Assembly: GCA_033764955.1 (NCBI GenBank)
Contig: JANRIL010000011.1
Coordinates: forward strand, 1 to 64,000
Direction: 5' to 3'
Source of the DNA: Cyanobacteriota bacterium
GTDB lineage: Bacteria > Cyanobacteriota > Cyanobacteriia > Thermostichales > Thermostichaceae
Length of the DNA stretch: 64,000 bases
The translations under genes were made by a program, and so were the position numbers. Shown here in pieces: positions 11,540-21,774 of the stretch (the stretch's first letter is position 1; each line of letters opens with the position of its first letter). Under the pieces are notes generated by a model. That model made no database searches. It was given only the letters and a program-made list of their open reading frames with translations, and was not told the origin of the DNA.

Positions 11540-11761
11540 GATTAAATCTCCGTAGATAAGAAAGTTATCTGGTCATGCCGAGGGATAAATCCACCTATAA
11601 TAATCAACCGACAATCACCCAGTGATCACCAATACCCAGCATTTTTGATGTCAGAAATACAGTTAGTTTCAACGCTCGAATCGGATTTTTCTGGTGAAAT
11701 TCAATTCAAATCATAAAAGAAAATATTCTCGGTTGTCCTTAAATAGATATTAATAATAAAA

Positions 11762-12616
11762 TTAGCGAATCCCCCGTAATACGCTAGCTAACCGACTGAG
11801 TAAGGAGGAGCTGATCGGCTCAGGTGACCCCTCTATCCTGCTCTTGACTGGGGAAGTGGGTAAAGGCTGGGCAGGCACAGATGCCTCCTTTGGGGTCAGT
11901 TGTGAGCTTGTCGATTTATCGGTATAGAGATCAATCAAACCCACTGTCTTGAGACGGGCTGCTGCCCGCCTCACCTCTAGCAAATCAGCGTGCAGCAGTT
12001 GAGCGATGTCATGCAGTTTGCGGTAGGGAGAAACCTGTTCCCAGATACTCCACTCTAGGGTTGAGAGCTTAAACAGGGGCAACTCATGGCTGGTTCGGAA
12101 AAACCGATCATCCGGTTGGGGGAGATCCTCCACGGGCTTCTGAGAGGTTTCTAAAAGACGCAGCCCTTCCATGATGGCAGCGGTGGATCCCTTGCTCAGT
12201 CCGGTCATTTCGCCATAGGGCATAGGGGCATTGGCCGTAAAGCTAAACTGTCCGCCCTCCAGGGAGAATAGAGAGTATAGCCCCATGCGTAGTTGCTGAC
12301 GGAATAATTTGGCTAGGGCAGGTGGAGCAATCAAGTCTTGTCTCTGAAGGCAAATCCCCAGAGGCTCGTTGAGGGGGCAAAGGGAGGCTAGCTTGGCGAC
12401 AACCCGATCACTACTAAACCCTGAGTTGGCTAACAACTGCTCCAGATGATGTTCTTTTTCGGGGGGAACAGCCGCGATGATCCGACCTTGATAAAACCAA
12501 ATGCGATAGATGCCGTTAGGCGCCCACACGGATAGCTGCCCCGTCTTGCTGCCTCGCTCGATCAATTGGAGTAGGTCAGGCAGTGAAAATTCTTGCAGAT
12601 CGCCAACCATTGCCAT
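11762..12616 (-). CDS. DUF4388 (PATAN-like) domain protein
   Basis: GDLQEFSLPDLLQLI...KTGQL...IWFYQGRI...GQFSF signature; C-terminal winged-helix-like segment and amphipathic tail. Confidence 0.8.
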   Translation of the reverse strand: MAMVGDLQEFSLPDLLQLIERGSKTGQLSVWAPNGIYRIWFYQGRIIAAVPPEKEHHLEQLLANSGFSSDRVVAKLASLCPLNEPLGICLQRQDLIAPPALAKLFRQQLRMGLYSLFSLEGGQFSFTANAPMPYGEMTGLSKGSTAAIMEGLRLLETSQKPVEDLPQPDDRFFRTSHELPLFKLSTLEWSIWEQVSPYRKLHDIAQLLHADLLEVRRAAARLKTVGLIDLYTDKSTSSQLTPKEASVPAQPLPTSPVKSRIEGSPEPISSSLLSRLASVLRGIR

Positions 12617-12969
12617 AAAAATGATTCAGCTTTAAGCTATGTTTGCTTGCTAGTTGTCTACATTTTTGAATTGATTGAGGATTGTAACAACCGTGCAAAC
12701 ACGGGATCCCACATCATATTTTCCTAATTTTTTTACTGCCAGCAGTCCAACGATTCAGTCTAAATCTAGTAGCTTACGCTACTTTTTGTTCTTTGATAGG
12801 CCTGATCGGATTTTTGTTTGACAGGCTTTTTTCTTTGCTCATTGGGCGAAGCTAACAATTTGGAATGGTATATTCAAGCCAGTAATGACTGTGGGTAGAA
12901 ACCAGGGGAGGGAAAGTATTTTCTCAGTCAATTTTAATATTGGTTTCACCTGCGTTTTGGCTAGCTTTT

Positions 12970-13977
12970 CTAAATCTCAGTGTTCAAATCTACGGTCTCC
13001 AGATCAGCCAAGGAGGGCTGACTGTTCATCCAATTTCTGATCTTTTGCTGCCACTCGTAGCGGTGATTGACCAGATACACACTCACCAGGGTGATTGCTA
13101 CCCCCAACCACTGCACAGGGGTTAACGACTCGCCCAAGAATAGGTTGCCAAATAAGAGAGCAAAAACGGGGGTCAAAAAAGTGAGGGAACTAAAGGCGGT
13201 CAGGTTTTCTTGGGAGGCAAAGTAGAAAAATAAGCCGTAGGCAAGGGCGCTACCCAGCACGGCCACATAGACAATCCCCAACCAGTGGGGGAGGGAGAGG
13301 TGATCCCATTGATGGCTCTCGGTTGTAGCAGAGATGAGCAAAAGGGGCAGGCTGCCGATCACCATGTGCCAGCCCGTCGCCAAAACGGGATCCGCCACCT
13401 GAGCAATCCTGGGCATCATGACGGTGCCAATTGCCATGGATAGGGAAGCCAAGAGCATCCAGCCTTCCCCCGCTGATAAAGCCAGGGATCCCGTACCCCA
13501 TTGTGGGGCGAGTCCGATCAACCCAATGCCCAGCGCCCCTACCAGCAGCCCAAACCAACCGAATCCCCCCATCCGTTCTTGGTAAAACCAGCTAGCCATC
13601 AAGGCTACTGCCAGAGGTTGGGAGTCAATCAGTACGGATCCCAATCCCGCCCCTGTCTCCTCTAAGCCCCGTGCCAAAAAACCTTGAAAACAAGCCCCAT
13701 CCACCAACGCAAACAGAACAATCCACAGCCAACTGCGCCATCCGCTAGGCTGCCACGGTTGGGTGGGATCCGAAGGTTGCCCCAGATAGCGAACCGTTAA
13801 CACCAATAGTCCAGCCGGCAGTAGGCGCATCACTCCTAAAAATAAGGGGGTGGTTTCTGCCATCGCATCTCGCATCACGACCATCGCGGATCCCCACAAT
13901 AGAAAAGGCAGGATCATGAGCAGGCGTTGCCAGCCGGATTGCGAGAAACTAGGGGAGAAGCGAAAAGAAGCAGTCAT
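12970..13977 (-). CDS. EamA/DMT family transporter
   Basis: About 10 TM segments; GLGSVLIDSQPL, SSLTFLTPVFA. Confidence 0.9.
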   Translation of the reverse strand: MTASFRFSPSFSQSGWQRLLMILPFLLWGSAMVVMRDAMAETTPLFLGVMRLLPAGLLVLTVRYLGQPSDPTQPWQPSGWRSWLWIVLFALVDGACFQGFLARGLEETGAGLGSVLIDSQPLAVALMASWFYQERMGGFGWFGLLVGALGIGLIGLAPQWGTGSLALSAGEGWMLLASLSMAIGTVMMPRIAQVADPVLATGWHMVIGSLPLLLISATTESHQWDHLSLPHWLGIVYVAVLGSALAYGLFFYFASQENLTAFSSLTFLTPVFALLFGNLFLGESLTPVQWLGVAITLVSVYLVNHRYEWQQKIRNWMNSQPSLADLETVDLNTEI

Positions 13978-14097
13978 CGAGGATCCCAGGTGGAAGGAAA
14001 GCAAATGGGCATTAAGTTTAACCACATGTTAAGCATTTTTTGACAACGGACAACTTGCTTAACAACTCTTAATAATCTTAACGGATGGCAACAGACT

Positions 14098-15000
14098 TTG
14101 GCACCACAGGGCTTTCTGAATTTGTATAAACCCGCGGGACTGACCTCCCACGACTGCGTGGCGATCGTGCGGAAGGTCTTGCACACTCGCAAAGTTGGTC
14201 ACGCCGGAACTCTTGATCCAGCGGCTATGGGGGTTTTGCCAATTGCAGTGGGGCGGGCAACCCGTTTCTTATCCTTTCTGGAGGGGAGCAAGGGTTATCG
14301 TGCCACCTTTATCTTGGGGAAAAGTAGCAGTACCGATGACTTAGAGGGAGAGATTGGGGTGAGGGATCCCTGTCCTCATCTGACGCAGGCGCAGGTGGAA
14401 GCTGCCCTTGCCTCCTTTGTCGGCACTATTCAGCAGATGCCTCCTCTTTACAGTGCGGTACGGCAACAGGGGCAGCATCTCTATGAATTGGCGAGACAGG
14501 GATCTCGCTTGCCGGACTTGACGGTTGCCCCACGCCGGGTGACGATTGAGCGATTGCAGGTAGTGGGATGGCGGCAGGGAGACTATCCAGAGGTGGATCT
14601 GGAGATTGCCTGCGGCACGGGTACTTATATTCGGGCGATTGCCCGCGATCTGGGAGAAATGCTGGGGAGTGGGGGATTGATGAGCCAGTTAATTCGTTGC
14701 CAAAGTGGAGCCTTTTGCTTGACAGACAGCGTTCCACTGGCAAGCTGGCGGGAGGATCCTCAACCCGCTGCCGCCCTGCTGCCGATTGCCGATGCTTTTC
14801 CCCATTTGGGAGTGGTTAAGTTAGCTGAAGATCTGGCGGTGCGCTGGTGCTATGGGCAAGGGATCCCTTGGTGGGATGAATCGGCAAGCGGTTTCGTGCG
14901 GGTGCTCGCCGCTACCTCCGGCATATTTTTGGGTTTGGGACAGATCAGTGAGCAGCGATTGCTCCCTGTGCGTGTTTTAGAAAACCTGGGTGGACACTAA
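14098..15000 (+). CDS. truB: tRNA pseudouridine(55) synthase
   Basis: KPAGLTSHD, GHAGTLDP, PPLYSAV, GTYIRAIARDLG. Confidence 0.97.
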   Translation: MAPQGFLNLYKPAGLTSHDCVAIVRKVLHTRKVGHAGTLDPAAMGVLPIAVGRATRFLSFLEGSKGYRATFILGKSSSTDDLEGEIGVRDPCPHLTQAQVEAALASFVGTIQQMPPLYSAVRQQGQHLYELARQGSRLPDLTVAPRRVTIERLQVVGWRQGDYPEVDLEIACGTGTYIRAIARDLGEMLGSGGLMSQLIRCQSGAFCLTDSVPLASWREDPQPAAALLPIADAFPHLGVVKLAEDLAVRWCYGQGIPWWDESASGFVRVLAATSGIFLGLGQISEQRLLPVRVLENLGGH

Positions 15001-15828
15001 ATGGTCTCTAACCACGGCATCGCCCGTCTGCAAACTCTTTGGCAGAACGGATCCACGGTGATTAGTCAGCAATACTCCCAAGCCCCTTTGCAATGGTTAG
15101 GCCCATTGGAGCGACGAGCCCTCTGTCCGGTCGTTTACCTGCGCAATCCCAACGGTGGACTCTTAGCCGGGGATACCCATGAGATACAGGTAGATCTAGC
15201 CGCCCACACCCAACTGGAACTGCGTACCCAAAGTGCCACCCGCCTCCACCCTGGCCGTTGCCGACAAACCCTGAGGCTCAATTTGCAGCCCCATAGCCAG
15301 TTGGTCTATCTTCCCCATCCCCTCATCCCCGGAGCCGCCAGTCACTTTCAGCAGATGACTACCATCCAGATGGATCCCTCCGCTCGCCTTGCCTATGGCG
15401 AGATCTGGACCGCCGGACGAATCGGCATGGGCGAGTGTTGGCAGTTTCAACGGCTGCACAGTCAGATGGCGGTGCGGCTGCCGTCGGGAGCACCCTGGTT
15501 GTGGGAAGCACTGGATCTGGGATCCGTGGACGATAGCCAGTCCAAACGGGATGTGGCAACCCTAGCCACAGCTCCTTCGGTGCTGGGATCCTATCTTTGC
15601 TGGGGATCCCTCTATCTGTTGGGAAATTGGCCGTCGGTTGCCTGGCCTTGTTCTGCCACTCAATGGAGCGTCACCTCTCCCCAGCCCCATTATCCAGGCC
15701 AAGTATTGCGACAGGTGGCCGATCGAGCCGAAAGAATTTGGCAGGATTTTCAGAGTCATCTGCAAGCCCTAACCAAGGGATCCCGCTACCCCGCAACAGG
15801 CAGTTCAACAATCCCCCCCACGGACTGA
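15001..15828 (+). CDS. ureD: Urease accessory protein UreD
   Basis: NPNGGLLAGD, TQSATRL, YLPHPLIP, GRIGMGE. Confidence 0.85.
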   Translation: MVSNHGIARLQTLWQNGSTVISQQYSQAPLQWLGPLERRALCPVVYLRNPNGGLLAGDTHEIQVDLAAHTQLELRTQSATRLHPGRCRQTLRLNLQPHSQLVYLPHPLIPGAASHFQQMTTIQMDPSARLAYGEIWTAGRIGMGECWQFQRLHSQMAVRLPSGAPWLWEALDLGSVDDSQSKRDVATLATAPSVLGSYLCWGSLYLLGNWPSVAWPCSATQWSVTSPQPHYPGQVLRQVADRAERIWQDFQSHLQALTKGSRYPATGSSTIPPTD

Positions 15829-15867
15829 CCACAGACCTATGACCTGAGAGTGTTCCACCCACTGATT

Positions 15868-16341
15868 TCAATCGACTTCTTTCAAAGGGAACGCGGTATT
15901 GAACGGATTGGGTACGGAGGGAATGGGGGCAATTTCAAAAAAATAAGCTTTGATTTCGGGGCCAAAATAAATCACATCCCCACTTTTGAGATAGTGGGTG
16001 GCGATGCGAGTGCCATTGACAAACACGCCATTGGTGCTGGACTGCCCCTTGCGATTACCATCAATTAAACAATAGGTAAAGCCCGACCGACTCAATTTGT
16101 TGGGAACCCGCACCAAATAAGCGTGACGACGGGAAACATAACGGTTGACCACTCGGATGGCATTGGTTTGATCCCGGCCCACGGCATAGGCATCCCCCCG
16201 CAACACATAACTACAGGGTTTAGCCGGATGATAGATCGACAGCGAAAACTCTGGATACGTAACGGGCTGTTTCGGCAGATCATCATCAAATAAGCCGTCT
16301 GTCATGGAAGGGGCTATGCCTGTTGACATGGCAACACTCAT
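15868..16341 (-). CDS. FHA domain protein (start uncertain)
   Basis: GR, VSRRHA, STNGVFVNG and LKSGDVI FHA motifs. Confidence 0.85.
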   Translation of the reverse strand: MSVAMSTGIAPSMTDGLFDDDLPKQPVTYPEFSLSIYHPAKPCSYVLRGDAYAVGRDQTNAIRVVNRYVSRRHAYLVRVPNKLSRSGFTYCLIDGNRKGQSSTNGVFVNGTRIATHYLKSGDVIYFGPEIKAYFFEIAPIPSVPNPFNTAFPLKEVD

Positions 16342-16500
16342 GGGAACCTTATTATTACTTACTCTCTTTCTTCTAAGGATACAACCCCAACCGCTTGAGG
16401 CTAAATCCCTGGAGAAAGGGATCCCACGCATTATGAAAACTCCCCACTGAGTTAGGCTTTGTCTATAGAATCCTAGTGAGTTGTTGGTGTAAGGATCCCC

Positions 16501-17370
16501 ATGAGCATCCCGTCTGCTTTTGCCCGTCGGCTGGATATTGCCAGCGAAGCTGCTCAGGCGGCGGGTGCTCTCCTGCGCGACTATGCCCGTCACCCCCTCA
16601 ATGTGGAAGAAAAACGTCCAGGAGATCTCGTCACCGTTGCCGATCATGCCTCCGAGAAATTGATTATGGAGCGGCTCACCCGCCATTTCCCAGAGGATGC
16701 TATTCTCACCGAAGAATCGGGTCAACAGGGATCCTTAGAGAGTGAGGATTGCTGGGTGATCGATCCTTTGGATGGCACCACCAATTTTGCCCACGGCTAT
16801 CCCTTTGCCGCCGTATCGATTGGTTGGCTACACCAAGGGCAACCCTATCTGGGGGTGATTTACGATGTCTTTCATGATCAGATCTTTCGAGCCTGTCAGG
16901 GAGGAGGAGCCAGCCGCAACTACCAGCCCATTCACGTCTCTACCACCTCCCAACTGAGCCGTAGTCTCTTGGTGACGGGCTTTGCCTATGATCGGCGGGA
17001 AACCCCTGATAACAATTACGCTGAATTCTGCCACTTTACCCACCTCACTCAAGGGGTACGGCGAGCCGGATCCGCCGCCCTCGATCTCGCCATGGTGGCT
17101 AGCGGACAACTGGATGGCTATTGGGAACGAGGACTCTCCGCCTGGGATATTACCGCCGGTATTGTCTTGGTGCGAGAAGCAGGAGGTTCCGTCACTGCCT
17201 ACGACGGTAGCCCTGTCAATGTCTTTAGCGGACGCCTCTTAGCTAGCAACGGCTTCCTCCACCCCCAGATGCAAGCCGAGCTAGCCAAAGTCACCCCACT
17301 GGCAGAGGTGTTTCCCCTAGGACGAGAAGCTGCTTCCCCTTCCTTCGCCCCTGAGGAGGCTCAGTCGTGA
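16501..17370 (+). CDS. suhB: Inositol monophosphatase family protein
   Basis: WVIDPLDGTTNFAHG, GSAALDL, WDITAG. Confidence 0.93.
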   Translation: MSIPSAFARRLDIASEAAQAAGALLRDYARHPLNVEEKRPGDLVTVADHASEKLIMERLTRHFPEDAILTEESGQQGSLESEDCWVIDPLDGTTNFAHGYPFAAVSIGWLHQGQPYLGVIYDVFHDQIFRACQGGGASRNYQPIHVSTTSQLSRSLLVTGFAYDRRETPDNNYAEFCHFTHLTQGVRRAGSAALDLAMVASGQLDGYWERGLSAWDITAGIVLVREAGGSVTAYDGSPVNVFSGRLLASNGFLHPQMQAELAKVTPLAEVFPLGREAASPSFAPEEAQS

Positions 17371-18290
17371 TCCATTTTCAGCCTTCCCGGAGGATCCCTA
17401 AGCGCTCTATAGCCTCCTCGATCTCATCCTCCATCTGTAGCGGAGCCATCGCTATCCTGGGTGGACTATGGCTGCTTTCTCCGCTTGCTTTTGCCCAACC
17501 CAGTCCTTCTCCCACGTCACTATTTCCAACTAGCCCCGATCGGCATTGGCAGTCCATTCAACAATCGGGAACACTGCGGGTAGGGTTGGATCCCAGTTTA
17601 GGAGCCACCTACCTCTATGCGGATCCGGCGAACAACACCTATCGAGGATTTGAATGGGATATTCTGAAGGCAATGGTGGAGCCTTTAGGGCTTAAACTTC
17701 AAACGGTTTACATCCCTTGGAGCCAACAACTACAAGCCCTCACCGATGGAGAGGTAGATTTGGTGATGGGAGCCAGAGAAGCAACGGGTCTCGATCCGGA
17801 ACGATTTCTGGCATCGCAGCCCTACTACCGCAGTCCCCAACGGCTGGTGATAGCCGCCAATAACCCAGAGTCTATTGAAGATCTATCAAATTTGTTCGGC
17901 AAAAAAGTGGGAATTGTAGTCGATAGCACAGGAGCCGCTTTACTGGAGACGTACAACCAAAGTCGGGGAAATGCGATTAGACTATTTGCTACTAGCAATC
18001 CCGAACGGTTGTTTGCCCAGCTTGAGGCGGGTCAGTTGGATGCTGTCCTGATTGATCAACCGGTAGCTGTGGCGGCCATTCAAAAGGCAACTCCTACCCT
18101 CAAAATGGTGGGATCCCCTCTCTTTCCCACCCCCTTGGTCGTGGTAATGGCTGCTAATCATGGTTCGCTCAAACAGGCTCTCGATCAATCCCTGACCACG
18201 CTCACAAACGATGGCACCTTAAAAGCAATTTTGGAGGAATGGCAGCTATGGGATCCAGTGGCGATGCCCCTCGCATCGAGCGAGGACTAG
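17367..18290 (+). CDS. Amino-acid ABC-type substrate-binding protein (family 3), no permease adjacent
   Basis: GTLRVG, GFEWDI, GKKVGI, GQLDAVLID; N-terminal signal peptide. Confidence 0.85.
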   Translation: MIHFQPSRRIPKRSIASSISSSICSGAIAILGGLWLLSPLAFAQPSPSPTSLFPTSPDRHWQSIQQSGTLRVGLDPSLGATYLYADPANNTYRGFEWDILKAMVEPLGLKLQTVYIPWSQQLQALTDGEVDLVMGAREATGLDPERFLASQPYYRSPQRLVIAANNPESIEDLSNLFGKKVGIVVDSTGAALLETYNQSRGNAIRLFATSNPERLFAQLEAGQLDAVLIDQPVAVAAIQKATPTLKMVGSPLFPTPLVVVMAANHGSLKQALDQSLTTLTNDGTLKAILEEWQLWDPVAMPLASSED

Positions 18291-19225
18291 CTCAATACGA
18301 GCCTGACTACTATGCGATTTTGGGCGTGCCGGTCAATGTTGAGTCCAAAGATCTGCGTAAGCGATCCAAACAGGTGGCGATGGCGCTCCACCCCGATCGC
18401 TTTGTCAGCCAGCCACAACTGAAATCTCAGGCGGAATGGCTTTTTTCTAAGCTTTTTAGTAAAGCCAATGAACTGATGAAAAGCGATACGGAGCGAGCAG
18501 AGTATGATACGCTACTTCAACTACGCATCCGTCGTTTAACCAGCGGTGGAACAGGTGACCTCTGGCCCAGCACGCCCGTGGTCAAGCTCCTCCGCAACGC
18601 CCGCAATTGGGAGGCTGAATATGTTAAGCAGGTTGGTAAAATTGCTGAAACCCAATATCAGTCTCTCGATCAGGTGCTAGAGCGGACTGCCGAACTGAGC
18701 GAACTGAACCTAACCTACCTCCTATTAAAAGCGGGTTATGCCGGTAGTGTCCCTAGTGCCACCACCTCTGGATTTAGTGCGGCACGGATCCCGGTTACGC
18801 CCGTACCGGTTGCCCCCAGCCCCATCGACACCCCCACCAGTCCTCCCAAGTCAAACGCCAGCGAGGTTCGCTACGTGCAGGCTTTAGACATGATTGAACG
18901 TCAACAATACAAGGAGGCTATCCAATATCTGGGCATTGCCATTCAATCAGAACCCAAAAATGCCCGCTACTATGTGCGACGGGGAGTTGCCTATCAACGT
19001 ATGGGTAATCGCGGCATGGCTAGAGCCGATTACCTGCAAGCGCTTCGTTTGGATCCCGATAACATGGAAGCCAAGCAAGGGGTCAAAGAAACCACGGATG
19101 TGACCACAGGCAACCATGCCGCTGGGGGCAAAGCAACCTCCCAACCTCAAAAGATTAGTCCTAAAGATAAACCTAATGATGGAGGCGGTTTCTTGGGCAA
19201 GATTTTTGGAGGGAAAAAAAGCTAA
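18239..19225 (+). CDS. J-domain / TPR protein
   Basis: DYYAILGV...LHPDRF J-domain; C-terminal TPRs. Confidence 0.88.
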   Translation: MAAMGSSGDAPRIERGLAQYEPDYYAILGVPVNVESKDLRKRSKQVAMALHPDRFVSQPQLKSQAEWLFSKLFSKANELMKSDTERAEYDTLLQLRIRRLTSGGTGDLWPSTPVVKLLRNARNWEAEYVKQVGKIAETQYQSLDQVLERTAELSELNLTYLLLKAGYAGSVPSATTSGFSAARIPVTPVPVAPSPIDTPTSPPKSNASEVRYVQALDMIERQQYKEAIQYLGIAIQSEPKNARYYVRRGVAYQRMGNRGMARADYLQALRLDPDNMEAKQGVKETTDVTTGNHAAGGKATSQPQKISPKDKPNDGGGFLGKIFGGKKS

Positions 19226-19326
19226 TTTCTGTTGAGATCTTCTTGAGACTCTCTAGAATCTCTTGCGTGAAGTGAGTGTCATTAAAAATGCTTGATTCAA
19301 GATTAAAAGAGACAAAATTCACTTAG

Positions 19327-20031
19327 ATGTCTGAGCATACCGGATTCAGCTATCAATCCATCGAAACATCCTATGCAGAAACCGTTGATCTGCGACCAAT
19401 GAATGCCTATTATGAACGTCCAGCTATGCTTTCATTACTCCCTGATCTTCTAAATAAAAAGGTGCTAGATGTTGGTTGTGGAACTGGCTGGTATAGTGAG
19501 CAGCTTGTTGGGCGGGGGGCGCAAGTCACCGCTTTTGATCTGAATCAAGAATTTGTTAGACAAACTGAGCAACGACTGAATCAGAAAGCAATCATCCTTC
19601 AAGCAGATTTGTCCTGCCCCCTAACATTTGCTAGAGATAGACAGTTTGACCTAGTTATTTGTCCTCTGGTTATGCACTACTTAAAATCTTGGCAGCCTGT
19701 GTTTGATGAGTTCTTTCGGATTTTGAAGCCTGGGGGAATCCTTTTATTTTCCACCCACCATCCTTTTTCCGATTGGAAAGAATTTCAGAAAGAGGACTAT
19801 TTCGCCCTAGATCTACTGGAAGATGAATGGGATATTGGCAATGTTCAATTTTACCGTCGCCCACTCAGTCTGATGACGTCAGATCTATACGAATCGGGAT
19901 TTTGTATTGAACGGATTGTGGAGCCTCAACCCACAGAATCCTTCCGTCAGGCACGGCCTGAATGGTATGAGCGATTGATGAAGTCTCCCTGGTTTTTGAT
20001 CATTCGCGCCCACAAGCTTGCCGCTGTCTAG
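19327..20031 (+). CDS. Class I SAM-dependent methyltransferase
   Basis: VLDVGCGTG, RILKPGG, STHHP. Confidence 0.9.
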   Translation: MSEHTGFSYQSIETSYAETVDLRPMNAYYERPAMLSLLPDLLNKKVLDVGCGTGWYSEQLVGRGAQVTAFDLNQEFVRQTEQRLNQKAIILQADLSCPLTFARDRQFDLVICPLVMHYLKSWQPVFDEFFRILKPGGILLFSTHHPFSDWKEFQKEDYFALDLLEDEWDIGNVQFYRRPLSLMTSDLYESGFCIERIVEPQPTESFRQARPEWYERLMKSPWFLIIRAHKLAAV

Positions 20032-20087
20032 TGAAGCCATTATCCCCATTTCCCTATCTAGCCCAGAATCTTTGCTCCCCTATTCCT

Positions 20088-20894
20088 ATGTCAGGCCAAC
20101 CCACCTACCATGCCACGGGCATCAATCTGAAAACCATGCCGTTGGGGGAGTCGGATCGGTTAGTGACCATTTTGACAAAAGAGGAGGGATTGATCCGTGC
20201 CGTCGCTAAGGGATCCCGTAAGCAGCCCTCCAAGTTGGGGGGGCGGATGGAACCCTTTGTGGTCAACGAGCTAGTGCTGTTGCGGGGTAAGGGATCCCCT
20301 GGCGATCCACAAGGAGGTTTGCAACGGATCACCCAGGCGGAAACCCTGCGGAGCTTTCCTCGGCTGGGGCGGAGTCTGGCTCAGTTAACCGCTGCTCAAT
20401 ATCTGGCTGAGGTGGCCTTGACGCAAGCCCTCTCTGGCCATTCCCAAGAAGAATTGTTTGTCCTGCTGCTGGAACACCTGCAACGGTTAGAAGCCGCTTC
20501 CGCCCCAGAGGTCTTGCCCCTATTGAGTCATGCCCTCTTTCACCTTCTAGCGTTAGCCGGGGTTGCCCCTCAAGTGCAGCATTGCCATTTTTGCCAAAAA
20601 CAGCTCTGTCTTTCGCGGCTAGCTCCCCTGGATGTGCATTTTAGCTTGAGTGTTGGAGGGGTGATTTGTGATGCCTGCGCCATTGCCCATCGTCCTCAGC
20701 CCCTGTCTCTGCTTTCGCCAATGGTGTTGAGCCTCTTGCAACAGCTTTCCCAAGCCAGCCTCGATTGGGGATCCCTGTCGGCTAGCGATACTGGGTGGCT
20801 AGGAGCCGAGTCATTGCTGCGGCGAGCCATTGAGTATCACACGGAGCGACCTGTACGTTCTGCCACCCTGATCGACCATTGCTGGCCTCCATGA
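20088..20894 (+). CDS. recO: DNA repair protein RecO
   Basis: LGESDRLVTILT...AVAKGSRK; CxxC...CxxC Zn finger. Confidence 0.93.
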   Translation: MSGQPTYHATGINLKTMPLGESDRLVTILTKEEGLIRAVAKGSRKQPSKLGGRMEPFVVNELVLLRGKGSPGDPQGGLQRITQAETLRSFPRLGRSLAQLTAAQYLAEVALTQALSGHSQEELFVLLLEHLQRLEAASAPEVLPLLSHALFHLLALAGVAPQVQHCHFCQKQLCLSRLAPLDVHFSLSVGGVICDACAIAHRPQPLSLLSPMVLSLLQQLSQASLDWGSLSASDTGWLGAESLLRRAIEYHTERPVRSATLIDHCWPP

Positions 20895-21140
20895 CCTCTA
20901 ACCCCCATAACATCGATAGGTGATGGATGCAGCATTTTATTATCCAGAACAACCCTTGCCAGAACCATCACCATAGTTAGGCTAAGGCCGAATTTCACAG
21001 AATCTTTTGTCAGGGATCCTTTGCAGAGACATTAAAGCATAACTGCACAAAACCTCATCTTTCCCTACTCATTTTTGCAGGTTGCTCTCAGGCAAATTTC
21101 TCTATTCTAAAAGAAGAGATTCCCTGTTAGTGCTGCTGTC

Positions 21141-21362
21141 ATGACCCAAGCCCATCTCCCCTACTCCAGCCTTGCCACCCCCTTCTCCCCCGCCTCTCCC
21201 CACCAACCTACCCACAGGGACTGGCGGGATCCCTTGTCTCGCCGCTTCCCCCTACTGTTGATTGGGGTGCCTCTACTCATTAACCTGCTGGTGATTGCCG
21301 CCGTGACTCCCCCCGATGTCCTGCAACCCTCTCCCGCAACCCTATCTATCTCCCAGCCCTAG
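21141..21362 (+). CDS. Small hypothetical single-TM protein
   Basis: 73-aa ORF with one hydrophobic segment in an otherwise empty intergenic region. Confidence 0.4.
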   Translation: MTQAHLPYSSLATPFSPASPHQPTHRDWRDPLSRRFPLLLIGVPLLINLLVIAAVTPPDVLQPSPATLSISQP

Positions 21363-21774
21363 CTCCTGCCGACAAGCTAGTCAGGAGATACCCAGCAGGG
21401 GTGTTCTTACGACAGCTTCTTAAGAAAAAGTTAAATATCTTCTTAAAATCATCCTGATTAACCGTGTTTTTCTCACTTTCTCCTGTCGGAAGTGGGGGAG
21501 AGAGGTGCTAAATTTAATAGAGTAAAGGTTTGTTCTTGACTAATGTGTTTTAACCTATCTTTTCATCAAGTTGACCTGACTGAAATCGGCTGCTCGCCTC
21601 ATCCAGCCCCATCCGCTAGGTTGATTCGTTGAAGAGGTTTGGATATTGATTAAGAACTATGGACTAAATAAGTAGGTAGAGAAAAATACTTACTCTTTAT
21701 AGGCAAAATCAGCTTTTTAGCTTTGGATGAGGAACCCCTAGCATTTTGCGCTGCCAGCAGCAGGAGAAACCAGC

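Noticed and set aside
12768..12793. Hairpin AGTAGC-TTAC-GCTACT plus T-run as the terminator of an sRNA
   Set aside because: Weak stem and no supportable promoter or RNA family
16342..16725. N-terminal extension of the FHA ORF
   Set aside because: Runs into suhB on the opposite strand; a later start is more plausible
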